Below are positions 42,001 to 52,200 of a stretch of DNA of 64,000 nt, piece after piece. Under the pieces are notes generated by a model that was given only the letters and a program-made list of their open reading frames with translations, ran no database searches and had not been told where the DNA came from. Position 1 is the first letter of the stretch. The number at the start of each line of letters is the position of its first letter. The position numbers were made by a program, and so were the translations under genes. The stretch comes from Nageia nagi (Eukaryota; Plantae; Pinophyta): contig JBITNC010000001.1 of NCBI GenBank assembly GCA_050084985.1, positions 49,414,001-49,478,000 of the forward strand. The letters run 5' to 3'.

Positions 42001-42370
42001 TTCCTTCCATAGTGAAGTCTAATATTTTTGTCCCTTCAATGTTGAGGAGGATTCTTTCCTTCTTGTCGTAGTATCTGGCTACCTCAAGGCACAATTATGG
42101 AAATGGAGTGGTATATGGGATCATGGAGGCCTCAACGATTCTGGACTGAGCAAATGTGTTGTTGAGCAATCATTCATATGGGATCTTGGCCATCTTTTCC
42201 AATGTCTTGACGGGGTCAGTGTGTGCCCAATTTGTATCTATGATTTGTCCAAGACCGTCTACTATCACAGTTGTAGGGAAGGTAGCCTTCCCTCTTTTAT
42301 CCAAGGTGATCTCGCTAGTCTTCATGAGCCTCTCCATCTGGAGCTCCTTGTTTTTCTTAGCAATACTCAT
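39082..42370 (-). pseudogene. ~1095-codon LTR-borne ORF of unknown function (disrupted), copy 2
   Basis: Pieces 42170-42370, 41525-42094, 40379-40681, 40128-40382, 39859-40041 and 39082-39642 are homologous to copy 1 (e.g. GKGIRW..VISD..AQ.L....K.FY..SYLVFLL). Confidence 0.85.
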
Positions 42371-43249
42371 CGTTTATGCCCTGTGGAACACAAAAAGGTG
42401 TTAGAAGTGATACTGGATATGTTTAGAGCAATTTTGGAGTGAAAAAGAGATAGACAAAATTTTGGCCTATTTTTGGGTTTTTGAGAGGCTGTGGATTTTC
42501 GAGAATTTTGAAGTTCCTTAGAAGTGGGAAACAAGTACATGGGGTGTTGGAAAATAAATCTAGGAGGCTTGTGAACAAGTCTTAAAGAAAAATATCAAGT
42601 TTTCGATGTCTGAATTAACTCGCTGTTTTTTTAGCTCATGTATTCATTTTTTGATAGGTTCTATCAACTTCGAAGTTTGGAAAGATGGGGATGCAAAGTG
42701 GGTTTTCAAGCTTCGTTCGGGGGAAGTGAATGATGAAAGCTTCTCTCCTATATGAGGTCTATCACTTTGGTATTCACTTCGAAGTTTGGATCTTTCAAAA
42801 TTTGGAAGTTTTTAGGTCTTGAAAAAGCATTTTTTGTGTTTTTTCACATTTTTTTTTGAAGGCTTGAAAATGGTGAAAATTGCCAAAAGATAGGGGTGGT
42901 CTGAAATTTGGAAAAAATTTAAAAAATGGATTTGATCTAATGGGTGGATAGAGGATGAGATTCTAAGATTCTTGAGAAATTTTGAAAAGGTTTGGAATTA
43001 TTTTGGATCTTGTGAGCAAATTCCAAGTTTTGAGCAAGTTTGTGAGGTTTTGTAAGGATTTTGCTCAAAAATGGGTGCATTGAAGCTCAAGGAGAGTGTT
43101 GTGGAGCAAATGAGAGGCTTAAGAGGGTATTTATAAAGTTTTTGTGCCTTTTGCATGCTCCTTAGTGGGTTTTTGATCTAAAAAGTGCTCTAAGGGTGCA
43201 TTTTGCATAGTTTTTAAGCTTTTAGAGCCTTCAAACACTCCATAGGGTT

Positions 43250-44500
43250 GAAATTCAGCGCCTAGCTTTTGGAGGCACTTCTTTTGGTCAAAATGAAAAA
43301 TTTCAAAGTTTAAATGTGATTCAAATCACTTCCTTCACCCACCTATGTGCCCAAAATCAAATTTTGATGAGTTTTGGGGCTTTTTCCTTGCATCTAGGCG
43401 CCATTTTTCACTTTTTTGGGTTCTCCAATAGCTTGCAAACCTGTGCTTGGTTTTTTGAGGCATTTCTAATGCTCAAATTCGAAAATTTGCTGACCTAAAC
43501 ATGCTTAGAATGCGCTTTTCCATGCAACCATGTGAAAAAATTTAAGTTTTTGAAAATTTTTTGATTTCTCCTCATGCTAGGTGCCATTTTTCATCTCATT
43601 GGAATTAGAAAATTTAGCAAACCAGCGCCTAGGTTTTTGGGCCACTTCCTTTTCTCAAAATCAAAAAATGCAAGCTTAAATGTGCTCAAAATCATGTTTT
43701 CCTTGTGTTTGACCCCTTAGACTTGGATTTTGAGCAAAATTTGTAAAATATTCTTATCTTAGGCGCTAGAAATCAACCCATTGGATTTCCAATGGCATGG
43801 AAACCTCCACCTAGCCTTTAGGTGCCTTAAAATTGCTCAAAATTTGAATTTTGTAGTTCTAAATGTCCTCAAAATGGTGTTTATGACCCAATGAACACCT
43901 TGGAATGGATTTTGATGCATTTTTCACTTATCCCTCCATGTTAGGTGCTGATTTTCAGCTCATTGAATTTAGAAAATTATGGAAAACTGCACCTGCCCTT
44001 TTAGGGTCAAAACTTGCCCAAATTTGAAATCTTCAAGACTTAAATGTGCTAGAAATCACATTTTACACCCAATGGACCCCTCAAACTTGAGTTTTGACCA
44101 AAATTTATCAAATGTTTTAATTATAGGTGCCATTTTTCATCCCATTGGGTTTCCATAGCTCTCAAAACCTACACCTAGCCTTTAGAGTGCTCAAATGTGC
44201 TCAAAATCAAAAAATTTGAGACCTAAATATGTTTACAATCATGTTGTCCTTGGTCCCAAGCACTTAACTTGATTTTTGGTAAAAAAACATTCCATCTTGT
44301 CATCTTAGGTGCCATTTTTCACTCCATTGGAATTGGAAAACTCATTCATGCATTTAGATTCCATTTACGATGTATTTTCATTTTTCCTCCACTTCATAGG
44401 CACCAAAATGCACTTCTATGGATTTCCCATAGGCTTGAAAAACTATGCCTAGCCTTAAAGTGCTTTGACTTGGTCAAAATAAAAAATTTTGAGTCTTAAG
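43250..44500. repeat. ~182-bp tandem array, ~7 units
   Basis: TAGG(C/T)GC anchor at ~43395, 43578, 43760, 43942, 44124 and 44306. Confidence 0.85.
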
Positions 44501-47500
44501 CATGATAGAATTCACCTTATCTCTTCGAATACGCTCTTAAACTCAAATTCCGATGCCATTTGCATTTATCTCTTAGAAACAAGCACCATTTTCTGCTTAC
44601 TTGGATCTTCATACCTTAGAAAAACGTATCTTAAGCTAAGGGTACTCAGTCTTGCACTTTCGATCCATTCTGGACTCAATCTATGCATTTCTGGCCACTC
44701 TTGGTGTTTTTGAGCTCAAACTCGATCAAAACGCCTTTTTCGGCACCTTTGAGCTCAAACTTTGCATTTTCGATGATTTTCGAGCTCAAATGGTGCAAAA
44801 ATGATCATTTTCACCTTTTCGAGCGTAAAGTTGTCATTTTCCATCATTTCCAAGCTCAAGCATTCAAGTCTACCCATTTTCGGCATTTTCGAGCCCTAAG
44901 TGTGAAAAAGCGACCTTTTCCAGCATTTCTGGCCATTCTAGGTTCAACTCATCACTTTTGGTCATTTCCAAGCTTTCCGAACTCAAATCATGCAAAAATG
45001 CACATTTTCACCATACTGACCATTTATGGGCTCAAATGTGACCAAAATGCGCCTTTCTACCTTGCCCTTTTCCAGCTTTCTGGGGTCAACTTTGACAAAA
45101 ACGTCAGTTTTTGCCATCCTTGTCATTTCAAGGCACCCGAACTCAAAACTGACAAAAATGCTCATTTTTGCCACCTTGGCACCTATGAGCTGAATTCCTA
45201 CAAAAACATGCTTTTTCTGTCAACTTGACACTCTTGCACTAAAATGCTGCAAAAATGCACCTTTTTCTTCTCTGTTGGCTGCTTGGTGAAAAACTCCCTT
45301 CCTGGTCACTGTCGTGATCCAAAACTACATCCTGCTTGATGTTACTTGAAACCGAGCCGTTAACGGTCGTTGGATGCGCTGAACTACCTTGGTGCCTCTG
45401 GGGGTGCTTATGTGCACTGCTTTATCACTTGGCCACTCTGACTCTGCATGCTGGCCGTCGTTTAGTCATCTTTAGGCAAAGTCATCCATTGCTTTCAAAA
45501 AAAATTTGGGTCACCAAAATGCTGCATTTGGGGGTGTGTTGTGCGGGCACAACAGTATCCACATGGATTTCATTACTGGTTTACCCAAGGTATACATGAA
45601 GGATTGCATATTTGTTGTTATTAATAGATTGACAACATTTGCTCATTTCTATGCCATTTCAACAACTTATACAGCCATACAAGTTGCTAATTTGTTTTTT
45701 AAAGAAGTTTTCAGATTGCATGGTTTGCCTAAATCCATTATGAGTGATCGGGACAGCAGATTTTTGAGCATTTTTGGTAGAAATTGTTTAAGCTATATGG
45801 TACTAAATTGACTCCTAGTACTAGCTACCATCCCCAAACTGATGGGCAAACTGAAATTGTTAACAAATGGCTTGAAGGATATTTGAGACATTATGTTTTA
45901 GGTCAACAAAATGCATGGGTTAAATGGCTGCACCTTGGTGAATATTGCTACAATTCTACTTATCATATTTCCATAAAAATGTCTCCATTCAAGGCACTTT
46001 ATGGTTATGATGCCTCACACTTTTCAGATTTGAATTTTGATGATTCAAGGGGTCAAAAAGCTAGAGACGTTGCATCAGAAAATCAAGATATTCTTAGTGC
46101 TTTGAAGGACAATATTCTTATGGCACAAAAGCAGCAAAAGAAGTATGCAGATCAATGGTGTAGCGAGCCCTCATTTGAGGTGGGTGACTTGGTTTATGTT
46201 AGGTTGTAACCCTACAAACAGTCCACATTGAAGAAGAGTGGAGCAGAGAAGCTAAAACCCAAGTTCTATGAGCCTTACAAGGTGATTAGTAAGGTTGGAC
46301 AGGTTGCATATGCTTTGGAACTTCCAAGTGAGTAAGATACACAATGTTTTTCATGTTTCTTGCTTGAAAAAGGCTCTAGGCCAACATATTCAGCCATCTT
46401 CAGATTTGCCACCCCTTGATGATGAAGGAAAGCTCATTCTTGAACTTGAATTGATCCTTGAGACAAGGGAGAGAAAGTTTAGGAGGAGGATTATCAAAGA
46501 ATATCTTGTGAAGTGAAAAGACTTGCCTATGGAGGATGCTACTTGGGAAGGTGCAAAAATTTTAGATGCTCTAGCTTTAACTTTGCTTGAGGACAAACAA
46601 TTTGAGGAGGGTGGACTTGTAATGTCCCAAAAATAAATATTTTTGTAAATGTCTCCTACACTTAATTATAAAAGTGAAAAAAGGGGTTCATGTGACTAGG
46701 AGACATAACTTGAGTTATGTTTTATGTTTTTATGTTGTAATAGGACATTTTAAGTGATTTTAGGGTTGGGAGATGTCAACTCCAAATTAGAACCTCATCA
46801 TATAAAAAGGAAGTGAGCATCCCATTTTGGGCATGTTATGTTGATATCATAATTGAATATTAAAACCCTAGAGTTTCCATGAGTTGAGATTGCAAGTCTT
46901 GCTCATTCCCATAGTGCATTGGAGGTGCATGGTTGGGGTCTTAGCAATATCATTGAAGGTGTTGTTGCCCTAAAATATCAAAAATACAAAAAGAGGCATA
47001 TGTGAGTGGTTCATGGCATTTTTGGTGAAGGGATTCACTCAGTTTGGAAAGTTCGTGGCATTTTTGGGAGCATTTGTGACATGTGTTTCAGACCTGTTGG
47101 CAGCCCCAAACCCTATGCTTGTATTTGGGGTCAATTTTGGGAGTTTTTGCATCAGTTCAGCCCTTGGGGTCAGTTCGTCCCACTTGTGGGAGTTTGTATC
47201 TACATTTTTGAGTTCCTTGGGGACTCCATTTGTCCATTCCAGCTGTTGTATTGGTTTGGCAATATTTAATATATGATACTAGCTGATTCACCTCGTACTT
47301 GTGTTATTTTATGAGCAATGTCTGAGTTGTTTTTATTGCTACAATGTATCTCTGCATTTTTATGTTGAGGGTTTGCTAGAGAAAAAAAAATATATAAAAG
47401 GAACATCACATAAACAATCATCATTTCCATAACTTGCAAAAAACATTTAAGTAAAACATTCATAAATTGTCCCCCCCTTTTTACTTAAAAGGTCTTAAGT

Positions 47501-48800
47501 AAGATGCTTTCCCTTCAATAGATACGTAAGCAGCATGCTAGTTCACCTTAGAAATTTAACTAAGGAAAAAAATGTCAAGTTTATACCATAAGGAATAATT
47601 GCTAAAGAATTACCATTTTTACCTAAGTAATTGAAGGTTCTTAAAAGTTGCAAAAAATATCTCCCACTTAATACCTAAGAGATTATTTAAAAAAAAAAAA
47701 TCCTCCTCCTCTTTTGCAATTTAAGCACCAAAAAATTCTCCCTTTCAATATTAAAGGGAACTTAAAAAAAGATGCAATTTGACCAAAATCTATATATATA
47801 TATATATTATATATTATACCCCTTTGTAAAAATTAAAAAACACTTTCCAAAAAAAATACTACTCTTAATTCACCATCATTAACCTCTGCAAAATTCTTGC
47901 AAAGAATTAAATAAGAAGAGGAAACCCTCACTCCATTCTTTGCAATTAATGTTTCGCAAGTGTGAGAGAAAGATGAGCTAAAAGTTATTTGCAAGCAACA
48001 AGCAATAGGGGTTAACAAAGAAAGTGCCACGCATAAAAGAAAGAGCAATTTTATGGCTACGAGGAAGAGTGATCCTAGTGGGAACAGGAGGAGAAAGGGT
48101 TGAGCGGCAAGAGAAAGGGTTGAGCAACCAAATGGAGGAGTTGTGAGGCTGGCGGAAGGGCGAGCCTGGTCGCGTTACGCTCTCTGTGTGGCAAAAGAAA
48201 CAATGGAAGGAGGGCATGTTTAATGGGCCACAAGGGCCTTTTTAACAGATGCGAGGACCTTAGAAGGTGGGGCGAGCGGAAGTTGGGGTGCGATGGAGAA
48301 AACGGAGGCTAAGCAATCAAAGTTTTCGATCTGAGCAGGAGCACCACAAGGGTAACATGGCTGGAATCTACAACGCCACAAAAAAATCAAGGGTCAGAAG
48401 CGACATAGAAACCGTTGCCATCGAAGCCAAAGAGCTGGAAACAGAGGCTTGACATTTGAACCGGACAAGCAAAAATGGCACCTCAAAAAAAATGTCGAGG
48501 GGTTTGCATTTGAACAGAGGCTTGGCAGAGGAGAGGGCTGATAGGCTGGGCGAAAGAGACATTCAAGAGGCTGGAGATTGATCGCAAGCCACCAAGTTGA
48601 CCACGTGAGGTGAGGCAGAGGAGTTGAGGTCGCCCTCAAGCCACCCAAGGAGGAGGCCAGCAACAAGTTGACCTCCCCTCCAAACAAAAAAAAAATTCCA
48701 AAGAAAAACAAAAAAAAATATATGTGCATTTGAATAATAAAACTTTATAAACATTACATGTTTTGATTTAAAGCATACCCCTCCTTTTTTTTACAAAAGG

Positions 48801-48802
<2 letters not shown>

Positions 48803-48850
<48 letters not shown>
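48803..48850. repeat. (AT)n microsatellite in the copia leader
   Basis: About 24 AT units read directly. Confidence 0.95.
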
Positions 48851-48854
<4 letters not shown>

Positions 48855-50849
48855 AAAAAATACAACTTTTTTTTTAACAAGCTTAAGAAAAAAAAGCCTT
48901 ATAAGGTGCAAAAAATACTAAGCAATTTTGTAAAAAAAATGCTACTAACATAAGAGGTTAGTATAAATAGGAAAAAAAATGCATTATATTGCTATTTTGA
49001 TCATATTTTGCAAAAAAACAAAAACTAACACATCTCACAAAATATCCTCAAAAATAGTCCAAAAAAAATAATAATAAAGAAAGGAAGGATGTTATACCTT
49101 AACAATTCTTTTACCTCAACAAGAATGTAGATGAACCTCCAAGATGAAGAGTCTCCAAGAATGTGAAAAGGATCCTCCAAGCTGCTTTGATACCAAATGA
49201 AGGGATTGAACCTTAAAGAACTCAATCCTAGACTACCAAGATCTCTTGTAAACTCATTCAAACAACAATTTACTCAAAGCATATCAACCTAACAAATTGA
49301 CACAAGATATAAAGTGGGTCCTCCAACTAGGAGTACATCCACTATCTAAGATCTTTCTTCATTCACAAAGATAACTTTGTTACAAAACCTCTTTCTACAT
49401 ATCTTAATCACTATCCTAGAGCATAACTTTGCTTTACAATTTGGTGAGTGATCACAAAGAGGGGGCCTTCTATTTATTGGCCAAAATCCTCCTTTGAATC
49501 ACCCTTTTAACCATTGTACAAAGGCATGACATGCTTCACCCTTTTACCCAAGGGGCATGCTTATGAGATGGAATGTAGGACAAGTTACATTATCATATTC
49601 ACTTAAATACTTAAGGTATCTAGGGATACCTTTAAGTATTAGTCAATTTATAAAGAGGAACATTGCAAAATCTTACAATAATGCATTATACATTTCAACA
49701 AGAATGAGGCCGGATACTAGATAGGCTTTTTCTTTCTCTCGGATAGGTTAAAAAATCTTGTTCAATTCAATCAAGTCTTTGAAACGAATGATTGTTGTCC
49801 AATCATTCCGAAGATGAGCGAAAAGCAAAGCTGATTGTCAATACTCTGCAAGCAGGACCAATGCAATCAAATGGACTAAGTGCGAGTGGGGGTGAATGGT
49901 TTTGAACAAGAGGTCTAGAAAGATGTCTTAAGAGAAAAGTCGATTCAAAATACAAGCATTTAACAAGCAAGCAATGGATTAGCAACAATTCAAGACAATT
50001 CAAACATTTTGAAAAATTTCCAACAAAGTCTCCTAAAATTCGAAAGTTTTCAAAGAGAAGGCACAAAAATATTTGAATTACAAAAATTGCTCTTAAGAGA
50101 TCAATCCACCACTGCAATAGATGAAACCACACTTTGAATCAATATGTAATCACTTGTATTATGTTTGCAAAAGAGTTATGCATGAGTACATCAATTTGCT
50201 CCTTGATTACAAAAATTTTCAGTTTTCATGAAAATTAGCCTTTTCTTGGATTAAAACATTTTAAGTAAAAATGAGACCCCCTATGGTCTATTTATAGACT
50301 TTTAGAGCTCACTTTTGGTATTTCTCTAACCCTAATCTAGGCTAATTAAAATGCAAATTGAAATGAAATTACATTTCAAGTGATAGGAGAATATGTTCTT
50401 CCTTTTAACCACTTTTAGTGTATATACATGAAAATTGATCCTTTTACAAAGGATCTTGTGGATCTAGAGCTGACTTTGGATCTTCTTCACCATCTTTGAG
50501 TACCCTTTTCACTGAAATATGGATTCCACCATTGATTACAGCGATCTTGGCAAGCTTGAGGATTTTAGTGAAGAGTTTTTTAAAAATGGATTTTTTTGGT
50601 CTAAAATCCAAAAAGATAGGGGGGTTTGAAATTTATAAAAATTTTAAAAAGTGCCCAGAAAAATCTTATATGGCCATGAATGGATTGGGCATGGATATTG
50701 GAGGTGTTTAAGAATGATTTGAAGGTTTTTGGAACTTGGAAGCAAGATTTGGGTTTCTGAGGTATTTTGGAAAGCTTAACTGACCAAAAAATGGTGTTCA
50801 AAGTGCTTTTGGTGCTCAAATATGCTTTGGTGCTCAAAAGTTCTCAAAG

Positions 50850-52200
50850 GCATGCAAATCCCCTCCTACACTTTTGAGCACTCAAACTTGCTCAAATCTG
50901 AAATTTCCAAGGTCTAAATGTGCTCAAAATGTGCCTTTCCATGCACCCATATGCTCAAAATCGAATTTTGCCCAAAATTTTGTCTTTCTCCATGACACTA
51001 GGCACCATTTTTTATCTCTATGGATCATCAAACAAACCCAAACCTGCGCCTAGGTTTTTGGGCCTCCAAACTTGCTCAAAAATGAAATTTTCAAGTTTAA
51101 ATGAGTTCAAAATGGGGTCCTTTGTTCATCCCCATGCTTGGAATTCAATTTTGACCAAAATTTGGTTTTTTTCCCATGAAGGTAGGTGCCAAAACTCACT
51201 TCTTTGGATGCCCCAATGGCATGGAAATCAGCGCCTACGAATTTGGGCCCTTTCCCTTGATCAAAATCAAAAATTTCAAAATTTAATCCTTCTTAAAATG
51301 GGCCCCTTCATGTATTGATGTGCTCAAACTTGAATTTGGATGAAAATTTAATTTTCCTTCTCGATTTAGGTGCTAATTTTCACCCCATTGGATTGTCTAT
51401 AGACATGAAAAGTGCACCCTAGCATTTGGCCCATTTCCCTTGCTCAAACCCAAAATTTTGAAGTGTTAAACCTTGTTAAAATGCCCTTTTCCCTCCAATG
51501 ATGTGCTTGGAATTGATTTTCTTGGGCTTTTTCATTTTCCTCTTGATATATGTGCCAAATTTCATCTCATTGGATCATCCATTAGCTTGGAAAAGTGCGC
51601 CCACTCTTTTGGGCATTAAATTTGCTTAAAATGCAAAAATTTGAAGTTTAATGTGTCTTGGAATGAGGTTTTCCATGCATCTATGCCTTCAAAATCAATT
51701 TTTGGGCCCATACCATTTTGTCTTTTGAATCTAGGTGCCAAAACAAACTTGTTTGGATTTCCATAGGCTTGGAAATGTGCGCCTAGCCTTTGGAGGTGGA
51801 AAATTTGACCAAAATAAAAAATTTGAAGTATTAATGTGGCTTAGAATGGTCCTTTCCATCAATCTATGAGCTCTAAGTTGATTTTTGACAAAAATCCATT
51901 TTTCCTCCTCATGTTAGGTGCTAGAAATTACCCCATTGGATTTCCATAAGCTTGGAAATGTGCGCCTAAACATTAGGAGCTCAAAACTTGTTCAAAATTG
52001 AAAATTTGAAGACCTAAAGTGCCTTAGAATGGGGCTTTTGATGTAAACAAATCATCACCTTCGAATTTTGAGACAAATCCCATTTCTTTCTTGGTAGCTA
52101 AGCACCAAAATTCACTCCATTGGATTTCCCAAAGGGGTGCAAAACCCCTCCTAGATGCCATTTATGCATGCTTGGTCGAAATCCAAAATTTCCAAGCCTA
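50850..52200. repeat. ~183-bp tandem array, ~7 units
   Basis: Anchor at ~50999, 51183, 51367, 51549, 51732, 51915 and 52099. Confidence 0.85.

Larger units (their letters stand above)
37811..45554 (-). mobile_element. Giant-LTR family copy 2 (7744 bp) carrying a long ORF
   Basis: TGTCGGGATGC...GTGCGGGCACAACA ends. TSD GTATA/GTATC. Interrupts the chromovirus integrase between KWES and MDFITGLP. Confidence 0.93.
34976..47410 (+). mobile_element. Ty3/gypsy chromovirus, internally deleted
   Basis: LTRs 34976-~35739 (truncated) and 46618-47410. TSD TAAAC (34971-34975, 47411-47415). Protease (LIDGGATYNF), RT ([14 protein letters not shown]), RNase H, integrase split at 37810/45555, GPY-like region and chromodomain (KEYLVK*KDLPMEDATWE, ~46430-46550). 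PPT precedes 46618. Confidence 0.96.
29060..49700 (-). mobile_element. Ty1/copia LTR retrotransposon (~8.2 kb without its nested insert)
   Basis: LTRs 49198-49700 and 29060-29547. TSD AGAAT (29055-29059, 49701-49705). PBS TGGTATCAAAGC at 49195-49184. PPT AAGGGGGAG at 29556-29548. Confidence 0.96.

Noticed and set aside
39082-42370. LTR ORF as an envelope gene
   Set aside because: No evident signal peptide or transmembrane helix; it has an NLS-like cluster instead.
37811-45554. Helitron, TIR transposon or Polinton interpretation of the giant units
   Set aside because: They have 5-bp TSDs and TG..CA ends, no CTRR end, inverted termini of only ~5 bp, and no Rep/helicase, transposase or polymerase motifs.
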